Positions 9,600-17,632 of a stretch of DNA of 64,000 bases are shown here, one piece after another (within the stretch, counting starts at the first letter, position 1; each line of letters starts with the position of its first letter). Both the position numbers and the translations under genes were made by a program. Source of the DNA: Candidatus Pacearchaeota archaeon. Lineage in GTDB: Archaea; Nanobdellota; Nanobdellia; Pacearchaeales; DTIR01. The notes below the pieces were generated by a model that was given only the letters and a program-made list of their open reading frames with translations, searched no databases and was not told the DNA's origin. The stretch lies in NCBI GenBank assembly GCA_018303805.1, contig JAGVXL010000001.1:110208-174207 (forward strand), read 5' to 3'.

Positions 9600-9821
9600 G
9601 CTCCCGTAGTATAGCGGTCAAGTATTCGGGCCTCTCGTCTACAGTTTCTCTTTAGAAACAGAGGAAATCTGCTGATTTCCTACGCCCCGAAAAGCCCGTG
9701 ATGCTCGCTTCGGCGAGGATTGCCTGCTTTTCGCGGAGAGAAGCTATAGGTAGGTAGAGAAACTACAATTCAAAAAGTAGAGAGAACGCCTGAGACACGG
9801 GTTCGAGTCCCGTCGGGAGCA
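9600..9821 (+). tRNA. tRNA-Glu(CTC) with 149-nt intron (9638-9786) at 37/38
   Basis: GCTCCCG/CGGGAGC acceptor stem; canonical bulge-helix-bulge (CTCT/AGAG helix, CTAC/GTAG outer helix). Confidence 0.9.
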
Positions 9822-9932
9822 TGAGGGGATTTTAGCGGGAGCTATAGAAATTATTATCATTTTATTTTTAAAATTCTTGAAACCAACCTACAAGAGTAAT
9901 AGACAAATAGAATTTTCTGGAAGTATAAAAAG

Positions 9933-10598
9933 TCAACAAAGTGTTATATTCTTTTGATTTTTCCATCTCATATCAAAAGTAGCGGATAAAGATTGTATTA
10001 AATCCTTCACTAATTTTATCGGTAATTCAATAATAAAACTTTCTTTATTCCTAACAGAAAATCCATGACCTAGAATGTATAAGACATCTACCGTAAGAAT
10101 ATATCTATCATGTAAATGATTAAAACTAAATCCCTTGATATCAATATTAGAATTCTCCTTTTTGAAATCTTGTAAATCTTTTTGTGAAACTTTTATGTTA
10201 TTCTTGTTATTGAATGTTAAAAACCTAACCTTTGCTTTTTTTATTTTCTCTAATGCTTCTAGAGTATCGTTAGTTAAATAGGGATCACATATCCTTACAT
10301 CTCCTCTAATGTTATTAAGTATAGAAATAAAATTCTTACGAGAAGTTCTAGGTCTTTCTGGTTCAAAGTAATACACTTGTATTTCTTCTTCTTTTCTTGC
10401 TGGAAATCTTTGTCTAAATCCTTTCCCCTCTTTTCTTAAGAATTTTTTAACAGACGGCAATCTTAAAGTCATAGAAATATTACTCGAGCTTATTTTCCAT
10501 TTATCCCATATCTGTTGCTCTATTTTTTTCTTAGTTCTTATATTTTCAAAGAAACCATCTGTCCATAATTGCTTGATTGCTTCAAGAGGCTTTTTCAT
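9933..10598 (-). CDS. N-terminal winged-helix plus PLD-like nuclease domain protein
   Basis: ICDPY, RFLT, HLHDRYIL, LGHGFS motifs of the PLD-like fold; N-terminal DGFF wHTH-like segment. Confidence 0.7.
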   Translation of the reverse strand: MKKPLEAIKQLWTDGFFENIRTKKKIEQQIWDKWKISSSNISMTLRLPSVKKFLRKEGKGFRQRFPARKEEEIQVYYFEPERPRTSRKNFISILNNIRGDVRICDPYLTNDTLEALEKIKKAKVRFLTFNNKNNIKVSQKDLQDFKKENSNIDIKGFSFNHLHDRYILTVDVLYILGHGFSVRNKESFIIELPIKLVKDLIQSLSATFDMRWKNQKNITLC

Positions 10599-10940
10599 TT
10601 TTTAATAGTTTTGGGAGCATTGCTTTAATGAATTGTATAGCCGCTACTTCAGAAATTTTGAGTTGTCTTTCTTTTTCTTCGATTACTTTCTCCTTTACAA
10701 GTTCACTTACCCTATTTAAGATACTTTTATGAGTAATTTTAGATAATAATCCCTTTGCCATAGATATGTCCTCTCTAGATAATGTATCTTTAGGAAGTAT
10801 CTTACATTTAAAACCAATAAGTGCTGTAGTTAATGTTAAAAATATCAGATCATTTGCTTGGATATCAGAACTGCTATTTTATTATCGCTGGTTATCTCTA
10901 CTACTTTTTCTAATTCCTTAAACAATTCTTCAAATTTCAT
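10582..10940 (-). pseudogene. Frameshifted winged-helix protein gene
   Basis: MKFEELFKELEKVVEITSDNKIAVL, then a frame change near 10865 into DLIFLTLTTALIGF...SILNRVSELVKEKVIEE...; stop overlaps the next start. Confidence 0.65.
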
Positions 10941-10959
10941 TCTTTCCTCGATCTCCTAT

Positions 10960-11172
10960 TCATATATAATATCTATAAAATACCCCTTCCTTTTTTCTCT
11001 TTAATCTTTCTCTTCTCAAAAGATAAAGTAGATTTACTCTTATATCCTGCAAATTAAAATTATGGCCTGTTCTGTCCTTAATCTCTTTCTTTATTTCCTC
11101 TGCTAGCTTAGGAGTCTTAAGAAAATCACCCAAATCCAATATTCTTTCAGCAATACTTTTTTTATCACTCAT
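10960..11172 (-). CDS. Small winged-helix protein
   Basis: GDFLKTPK..EEIK...LLYLLRRERLKR...YRY. Confidence 0.7.
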   Translation of the reverse strand: MSDKKSIAERILDLGDFLKTPKLAEEIKKEIKDRTGHNFNLQDIRVNLLYLLRRERLKRKKEGVFYRYYI

Positions 11173-11399
11173 TTTTGCCTCTTTTTATACCTCCACTCTC
11201 CTTGCTCATTTTTTTCTCTTTCTAAAATGCCTTCTCTACACAGGAATGTTAACAATTGAGATAAAAGGCTCACTTGCTTACCTTTTAGTGTATAACCTCT
11301 ATTGTCTATTTTAGCTACAACTTCTTCAATCTTTCTAGGCTGGTCAAAAAATCCCTCTGATGCAAACTCTTTTAGCATGTTCTTATTTATTCCTGCCAT
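11169..11399 (-). CDS. Small winged-helix protein
   Basis: EGFFDQPRKIEEV...LTFLCREGILER...WRY; 4-nt overlap with the next gene. Confidence 0.7.
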   Translation of the reverse strand: MAGINKNMLKEFASEGFFDQPRKIEEVVAKIDNRGYTLKGKQVSLLSQLLTFLCREGILEREKNEQGEWRYKKRQK

Positions 11400-11889
11400 T
11401 CTTTAAATCCTCCAAATGATTCTTGCCAGACTGGCTTACATTCCAACAATTGAGTCCTTCCTTCTTTTGTTCAGCCCGAATCAAAAACCCCCTCTTATCT
11501 AAAAGTTGTATTTTATCTGCTATATTTTTTGGAACAACCTCTCTCATCTCAGACAATGTAGCAGCAATTTCCTTTGTTGTAATCTCCCTTACACCTTTAA
11601 GCTCAAGGAAATGTATAACAACAAGAGTCTTGTCAGTGTCTTTTTGAGGAGCATATCTCAAAAAGAACTCTCTTGAAGACTCTTTTATTAGCGTCGGCTT
11701 TGGCTCATTTTCAGGACTTTTATTTTCAAGATTACTGAGCCTTTTTTCCTGTTCGTCTAATCTCTTGCTTATGTTTTCTAGAAGGTCAATTGCCTTATCC
11801 AGCTTTTCTTCTGTCATTTTGTTTCCTCCCCTGTCAATTATGTCCAGAAGGAGGGAAAAGAGCTTTTTAAATCTTTTGGTTCTATTCAT
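11383..11889 (-). CDS. Coiled coil plus C-terminal winged-helix protein (true start probably MTEEKL)
   Basis: ITTKEI...KNIADKIQLLDKRGFL...WNVSQSG wHTH pattern; GGAGG RBS before MTEEK. Confidence 0.7.
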   Translation of the reverse strand: MNRTKRFKKLFSLLLDIIDRGGNKMTEEKLDKAIDLLENISKRLDEQEKRLSNLENKSPENEPKPTLIKESSREFFLRYAPQKDTDKTLVVIHFLELKGVREITTKEIAATLSEMREVVPKNIADKIQLLDKRGFLIRAEQKKEGLNCWNVSQSGKNHLEDLKNGRNK

Positions 11890-11907
11890 AAACTAGCATG
11901 AACCCTG

Positions 11908-12242
11908 CCAAAATAATATTAGTTGTGCTTTCCTCCCTGTGATCTCCTGCTTTCCCCATTCTATCATTTTTATCTCTCACCTATCTTACAATCATATTCG
12001 ATATTCATAGTAAAAAAACCTTAATACCTATTGGCTTAGGGTAATATCAATAGAAGATTAAGAGGATGATCATAAGATTACTGCCGATATGGTAATATCA
12101 ATCAATGAATTATGAAAATATCATCATTTTTTTATTCGTGAATTATGAAAATAGTATAAAATCATAGTATAATAAAGTATTTACCAAAATAATATTAGTT
12201 GTGCTTTCCTCCCTGTGATCTCCTGCTTTCCCCATTCTATCA
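11908..12242. repeat. Perfect 59-bp direct repeat (11908-11966 and 12184-12242)
   Basis: CCAAAATAATATTAGTTGTGCTTTCCTCCCTGTGATCTCCTGCTTTCCCCATTCTATCA occurs twice. Confidence 0.95.
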
Positions 12243-12391
12243 CCAGTATGCGGACCAAGATCAACAAATCCAGAAAACAAGAGAATCCCACAGAGCCTCG
12301 AGCAGAATTTTGGTAATCTTTATAGATTATAGCGAAAGGTTTAAAAATAGGAGTTATATAAGTATATATAATTGGAAAGATAGGAAATGAT

Positions 12392-12685
12392 ATGGATGAG
12401 ATGGAAGAAGTACAGGTAGTAAAAAATATCTTGCACTACCCCCGACTTGATACCGTTTTGATGGTAGAGAAAATGATAAGGAAATATGATGGTGAATATA
12501 TCAAAAAGCAGTTATGGGTAAAACTGCCCAAGAAAGTAATGTACCAGACATTTCTGCTTATTTTGGACTATCTTTTATACTCTGGAAAGATTTCAATTGA
12601 TTCAGAGGGAAAACTTGGGTGGATATTTTACCCAGAATCAGTTCAAAATAGAATAAAACATAAAAATTTGTTTTGGGAAAAATGA
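12392..12685 (+). CDS. Putative antitoxin (wHTH)
   Basis: YPRLDTVLMVE...LPKKVMYQTF...LDYL..SGKI; overlaps the downstream toxin gene. Confidence 0.65.
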   Translation: MDEMEEVQVVKNILHYPRLDTVLMVEKMIRKYDGEYIKKQLWVKLPKKVMYQTFLLILDYLLYSGKISIDSEGKLGWIFYPESVQNRIKHKNLFWEK

Positions 12686-13017
12686 GGCTTCCATCAAAAT
12701 TGCAGTTTGTTGATGCGAATTTAAAGAAAGCATTTGAAGAGCTCGCCAATTCAAGTTCGCAGGAAAAGAGCTTATATCGATATCTCGAGAGGGCATTCGC
12801 CGATATTGAAAAGAATGCATTTTGTGGAATACAGATACCAAAAAGGCTTATCCCAAAAAGCTATCTTAAAAAGTATAAAATCAAGGACCTTTGGAAGTAT
12901 AACTTGCCAAATGCATGGCGCCTTTTATACTCAATAGAACATGGTGAAATTTATGTTCTGTCAATACTTCTAGAGTGGATGGATCATAAGGAATATGAGA
13001 GAAAGTTTGGGTATTGA
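12682..13017 (+). CDS. RelE/ParE-like toxin
   Basis: CGIQIPKRLIP...LWKYNLPNAWRLLYSI...EWMDHKEYERKF. Confidence 0.7.
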   Translation: MRLPSKLQFVDANLKKAFEELANSSSQEKSLYRYLERAFADIEKNAFCGIQIPKRLIPKSYLKKYKIKDLWKYNLPNAWRLLYSIEHGEIYVLSILLEWMDHKEYERKFGY

Positions 13018-13068
13018 TTAAATTCCTTTTATAATCAAAAATCTCCTCAGGTCCGTCGGGAGCATTTT

Positions 13069-13770
13069 TTACAATTCAAAATTCACAGGCTTCCAGAACC
13101 TTAAATCATCCAGAGAAATAAATACAGGCATTATTGATTTTGCCTGCTCAACCTCATTATTTGTGCCGTTGGAAGGGTTCATGAAATAAAATATATCACT
13201 TTTGTCTCTCAGCAAGTCCTTTTCCAATGCAATGCATTCCCGCTCCCCAAACCCCCTTTCCTCCCAAAAGGCAAACAAGTTATGAGGAACAAGGGGGATA
13301 TAGCCAAGTTTTGCTATTTCCATTGCTGTGTTATCCGCCTTTTTGATATTCTCCTGCTTTTCCTCTTTTGTTCCAGAATATGGGCCAGCAACATAAACTG
13401 CAAGTTTCTTCACGCAAAGGGCATAGACCCCCTCCTGTTTAATGTTTTCAGCATAGCCTGGAAACTGCAGTGACTTGTCAATGGCCTCCTTCAAAGTTTT
13501 GGCATCAGGCCAGACATTCTGGACACCCTCATTTATAAGCAGTTTCTCTATGTTGTCGTAATGCCTGCAATACCTGACAGCGGCTTTTAATACCTCGTGA
13601 TTTATATCCTCAAAATGCAGCCAGTCATTTTCCTTGAATTCAGCATAGTTTTTTTCCCCGTCAGCAGGATCAGGTACTCTTGGGTCAATAATCCTTCTCC
13701 CTATTGCCCGCATGTCTGCTAGATGCTCAGGATAAATTTTCTTCAAGAAATATTCTTTTCTATCCACCAT
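13069..13770 (-). CDS. ASCH-like domain fused to nucleoside 2-deoxyribosyltransferase-like (DUF4406-type) domain
   Basis: N-terminal ...YDNIEKLLINEG...WPDAK...GVYAL; C-terminal VYVAGPYSG...GYIPLVPH...SNGTNNE. Confidence 0.65.
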   Translation of the reverse strand: MVDRKEYFLKKIYPEHLADMRAIGRRIIDPRVPDPADGEKNYAEFKENDWLHFEDINHEVLKAAVRYCRHYDNIEKLLINEGVQNVWPDAKTLKEAIDKSLQFPGYAENIKQEGVYALCVKKLAVYVAGPYSGTKEEKQENIKKADNTAMEIAKLGYIPLVPHNLFAFWEERGFGERECIALEKDLLRDKSDIFYFMNPSNGTNNEVEQAKSIMPVFISLDDLRFWKPVNFEL

Positions 13771-14884
13771 TTTTTCCGGCTTGTTCCTTAACTTCCAGTT
13801 TAATTCCAGTTCTCGGGTTTGCCTTGTAATTCATGCCGTACTTTTTCCATATCAAATCCTGCATAATCTCCTCACTTTCTCTGAAATTTTTGTCAAGTCT
13901 CTGCTGGTAAAGTTCTGGATTTGTGCCTTTTGCCTCAAATCTTGCTTTTTCAGGACCATACAGCTTAAGAGGCAGAATCCATGTTTTGAGGTAAAATCCC
14001 TCCCCAAAAATTCTGGCCCCTTTTTCCATGAATCTTTCTAATGAAGAAGGTTCAGGGGAATAAACAAAGGGATAACAGTCAATTCCCGCTTTTACAAGCT
14101 TTTTCAGGGAATAAAACTGCTCCTGATGAAGTTCTGGGTTGGCTCCTGTAGCTTCCCAGAAACTTACCGTGCTATTGCCCTTGAACGAGCAAAGCACGCC
14201 AAAGTTATTATAGGATGCAATCTGTTCAAGAAGATTATTTTCTAATTCTCCTTTCTGTTCTAAAAAATCAATGAAATGTCCTGTTGACAGGTTTGTATCG
14301 CCTTGTACATATACTTCCCTATTCAACTTTCTCTTTTCCAATTCTTGTAAAACATTTAGCCACTGCTCAATTGCAATAGTTGGCTCCCCGCCAGAAGGCC
14401 TGAAATTATATATCTTCTGCTTTTTTCTTTCCTCCTCAAAAAAATCAATTATTTCAGTGATAGAAAAGAATCGCGAGTTATTTCCATCTTTTCCATTCTT
14501 ATTTGTGTCATCAACATAGCACCATGGGCAGTATAGATTGCATGCCTTAAGCTGGTAAATAAATGTATTCTTTAACTCTTTCAAGGGAACATTTTTCAGC
14601 TTGGAAAAAGCCCAGTAAGGCATATCAAATTCATCCCGCATTGCACCAAAAACAGCCTCGTTATTATGGAAATCCAAAGGCTCAAGATTCTTTTTTGCCC
14701 TCTCTTTGTCATCAAATGCCTTTATATTTATCTTAACCCTGAAAAAATCATTTATTAGAGGTGTTCTCGCCTCTATATCTTTTTGCTGCTCTGTGCCGGA
14801 AAAATTGGCAAGCAAGATTTGCAATTCATTCCCTTTTTTGACAACGTTCTTTCTCAAGTTGTAAAGATGCTCAATATAATCCAT
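13760..14884 (-). CDS. Radical SAM protein
   Basis: CNLYCPWC (CxxxCxxC) and SGGEPT motifs. Confidence 0.85.
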   Translation of the reverse strand: MDYIEHLYNLRKNVVKKGNELQILLANFSGTEQQKDIEARTPLINDFFRVKINIKAFDDKERAKKNLEPLDFHNNEAVFGAMRDEFDMPYWAFSKLKNVPLKELKNTFIYQLKACNLYCPWCYVDDTNKNGKDGNNSRFFSITEIIDFFEEERKKQKIYNFRPSGGEPTIAIEQWLNVLQELEKRKLNREVYVQGDTNLSTGHFIDFLEQKGELENNLLEQIASYNNFGVLCSFKGNSTVSFWEATGANPELHQEQFYSLKKLVKAGIDCYPFVYSPEPSSLERFMEKGARIFGEGFYLKTWILPLKLYGPEKARFEAKGTNPELYQQRLDKNFRESEEIMQDLIWKKYGMNYKANPRTGIKLEVKEQAGKNGG

Positions 14885-14962
14885 TTCCCACCCTAGATTT
14901 TATCGTAACTTTAGAGTTTCAACACTTTAAAAAGATTTATGTATTCAGAAATAATGATAAGC

Positions 14963-15835
14963 TTACTTAAACACAATAGAAGCATACCCCACAGCATTGC
15001 CATAATCTCCTGTCAAGTCAGCAGAGGTGTAATATTTTAGCAATCTTGCATTCCTGCTTCCAAGCAATCTGCAAATTTCAATTGCCGCAGAAATGCAGGC
15101 AGCCCCGCATATAGTCTTGCCAGAACAGTATTCAAGAAATTCTTTTGTTTTGAATTTGGCAATTAGTTCTATTGCCTTGCCATCCATCTTGTAAAGATTT
15201 TCCTTTGCATTGCCTGAAAAGGGCAGAAAACCATACGCAGAGCCATAGTGTGTCATATCCCCTGAAGCAATAATGCAGATTTTTCTTTTCAGTTTTTCTG
15301 CTGTTTGAACAATCAGCTTTGCAAATTCAGCATAATTTTTATAATCCTGCTGCTGGCAAATTATCGGAACAATTTCAAACTTACCATGCAAAATAAACTG
15401 CAGAAAAGGCAACTGCACCTCAATACTGTGTTCTTGCTGATGAGCAAGTTTATCTCCGAGGGTATTACCAACTGAAAATCTTTTCCCTTTTCTTTCTAAA
15501 ATAAGTGCATCATAAAATTCCCTATCATTCTTAACAACGCCAAGAGGAGTTTCAAAATCTTCAGAACTCAAGGCAAAATTTGACTCTGCATAGCCAGTAT
15601 GGTTTGTTCCAAGAATTACAAATGTGTCCGCCTTTGCAGATTCTGTAATCGCCTTGTAAGAATGGGCAGCGCACATGCCAGAATAAGCATAGCCGGCATG
15701 CGGCGCAACAACACCATAAACATTCTTGCTTTTGGTGTATGCTGCTTTCCCAAGATAATCCCCAATCTGAGTTTGCAATCCCTTTTTATTCGCAGGATAA
15801 AAACTTCCTGCAACTGTCGGCTTTCTTGCACTCAT
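14963..15835 (-). CDS. amrB: MEMO1 family protein (AmmeMemoRadiSam protein B)
   Basis: RKPTVAGSFYP, APHAGYAYSG, EHSIEVQLPFLQ, TICG, VGYAS. Confidence 0.92.
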   Translation of the reverse strand: MSARKPTVAGSFYPANKKGLQTQIGDYLGKAAYTKSKNVYGVVAPHAGYAYSGMCAAHSYKAITESAKADTFVILGTNHTGYAESNFALSSEDFETPLGVVKNDREFYDALILERKGKRFSVGNTLGDKLAHQQEHSIEVQLPFLQFILHGKFEIVPIICQQQDYKNYAEFAKLIVQTAEKLKRKICIIASGDMTHYGSAYGFLPFSGNAKENLYKMDGKAIELIAKFKTKEFLEYCSGKTICGAACISAAIEICRLLGSRNARLLKYYTSADLTGDYGNAVGYASIVFK

Positions 15836-17133
15836 TTTATAACCCTTAATTTTGTAACATCCATATCTTTTATTTCTTCTCCATTCCTCACAAAATTAAG
15901 AAGCCCGTTAATATCCCTAATTCTCCTCTTTGTTTTTGCAAACGCCTTGCCATCCTTGACAAAAACTTTTTTGTATTTTTTCTTAAATTTCAGCAGGTTT
16001 ACAATTCTGTTTATTGGCGGGCCTGCAACAATCATCCCAGAAGAAGGTTTCCTGTAAACAGCATACAGTTTTGCCTCCTTCCTCTTAAACTCAATCTCTT
16101 TTTCCAGGACATCAAAGCTATTTTTCCGCATCAGGAAAGCAATAAAATCAAAGAACCTTCTCAGTTTTGCCGGAGCAACTTCCTCTTTTGACTTTTCTGC
16201 TTTTGCAGAAATAACTGCAAGCAATGCTTTTCTTCTCCTGGCATTCTTAATAATTTCCTCTCCTATATCTTTCTGCTCAAATGATTTTTTTCCAGGCTTC
16301 GCAATAAATTCTTTGCATGCATCAATAAACTTCAGGAGAGTTTCTGCAGAAATAGAGGCAGTTGCATTTCTTATTGCATAAGTAGGGTCAACAAGGATAA
16401 TTGGTGAAACTAGCTTTGCCTCGTTAATTTGCAGCAGGACATCATCAGCATTTTTATAATGCCTTGCCGGATCAATGACAATCTTTTTTCTGTTTTTTAG
16501 CATTACCTTCCATTTTACAGCATTCTTGGCGAGGTTCATTAAACTTCCAAAATGCAGGACAAGCAGTTCAAGGGCATATCCAGAAAAACCCTGAATGTGT
16601 GATTCTGCCCCATAACAATTCTGCGCATAGCAGAATGCCTTTGCCAGGCGGATCTCATCGGCGATTTTGTCGTTTATATGTTTTGAAGCATAATTCACAT
16701 GAAAAAAGGACAAATCCGTAACATTTCTTGCCTCCTGAGGTTTTTTAATGGCAAGCACAGGCACAATTTCAAAAAGAACAGGTTTCTTTCCCCCTGCAGA
16801 AAAATGGAAATAATCCCTTGAGCCATGAATCTTCTTGTATTTTATTTTCTGCAATTTAAGCGCTTTTTCCAGCATATCGCTTAACTGGCTGTCTCTCTCA
16901 GCATACTCTTTATATTGGAACCTCACAAAGATATCTATATCATATCTTTCCTTTTTTATCAGTGTGTTTTTAGCCAAGCTGCCGCCTAGAAACACATCTG
17001 CCCTGCAATGAGCTTTTTTTAATCCGGCTTCAATTTTCTTATTCAATCCGGCAGTCAGCTCTTTTATATTCTTCAATTCTTGTTCAGACGGCTTTATTTT
17101 TTCAAGCACAGAATAAAAAATCTCTTTTTTCAT
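15832..17133 (-). CDS. cca: Class I (archaeal) CCA-adding enzyme
   Basis: GGSLAKNT...YDIDIF, YGAES..QGFSGY, DPT...RNA. Confidence 0.92.
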   Translation of the reverse strand: MKKEIFYSVLEKIKPSEQELKNIKELTAGLNKKIEAGLKKAHCRADVFLGGSLAKNTLIKKERYDIDIFVRFQYKEYAERDSQLSDMLEKALKLQKIKYKKIHGSRDYFHFSAGGKKPVLFEIVPVLAIKKPQEARNVTDLSFFHVNYASKHINDKIADEIRLAKAFCYAQNCYGAESHIQGFSGYALELLVLHFGSLMNLAKNAVKWKVMLKNRKKIVIDPARHYKNADDVLLQINEAKLVSPIILVDPTYAIRNATASISAETLLKFIDACKEFIAKPGKKSFEQKDIGEEIIKNARRRKALLAVISAKAEKSKEEVAPAKLRRFFDFIAFLMRKNSFDVLEKEIEFKRKEAKLYAVYRKPSSGMIVAGPPINRIVNLLKFKKKYKKVFVKDGKAFAKTKRRIRDINGLLNFVRNGEEIKDMDVTKLRVIK

Positions 17134-17157
17134 GCATAGAAAAATTTAGGGAGATAT

Positions 17158-17586
17158 TTAATTCTTTCCCTCTTCATCTAAAGCCTGTGTTTTTGCCCTT
17201 TCAACTCCCTTCTTTTTCAGTCCAGAGAGAAATGTTGAAGCCAAATCTATGATATACTTGCCCTCTTCAATTTTGAAAACAAGCGGATTTTTCCTGAACA
17301 AGTTTACAAGGTCAATCTCAAACTTGCCGGGCTTGCTTATCCTTATTGACTCAAAATCAAGGATAATCGGCTTTAACTCAGACTCATCAATGCCAAGAAT
17401 CTCGCGAACATCCTGTTCGATTTCATGCTTGTCCTCTGTTGTCAGTGCAGCAGTTTCCTCTTTAAGCATGTTCAAATCAGTGTCTTTCACAAAGAAGAAA
17501 AAATGGCTCCCGCACGGGCAGCCCTGCAGCAGTTCCTTGGATGCAGTAGGATAAATCTTTCCGCAATGGACACACTGATGAGCGAT
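17158..17586 (-). CDS. oapC: OapC/ArvC (DUF2072) zinc-ribbon protein, apparent ATC start
   Basis: In-frame upstream extension of the ORF-track call: (I)AHQCVHCGKIY...LLQGCPCGSHFFFFVK; ESIRI..PGKFEIDL; AGGAGG RBS. Confidence 0.85.
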   Translation of the reverse strand: MAHQCVHCGKIYPTASKELLQGCPCGSHFFFFVKDTDLNMLKEETAALTTEDKHEIEQDVREILGIDESELKPIILDFESIRISKPGKFEIDLVNLFRKNPLVFKIEEGKYIIDLASTFLSGLKKKGVERAKTQALDEEGKN

Positions 17587-17632
17587 TTTAGCCTCCTTGA
17601 TGAAATAAATAGAAAATCAAAGCTTATAAATT

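Larger units (their letters stand above)
9810..13065. mobile_element. Genomic islet integrated at the tRNA-Glu 3' end; no integrase visible
   Basis: Direct repeat CCGTCGGGAGCAT at 9810-9822 (tRNA 3' end) and 13053-13065; AT-rich cargo; TA pair. Confidence 0.75.

Noticed and set aside
9670-9705. Possible box D' (CTGA) and C' (GTGATG) in the tRNA-Glu intron
   Set aside because: No terminal C/D boxes, and the motifs are not conserved in the intergenic copy
11908-12242. CRISPR-like repeat
   Set aside because: Only two copies, 59 bp long with a 217-bp spacer, and no cas genes
13760-15835. Complete AmmeMemoRadiSam system
   Set aside because: No AMMECR1 gene here and the radical SAM does not look like AmrS
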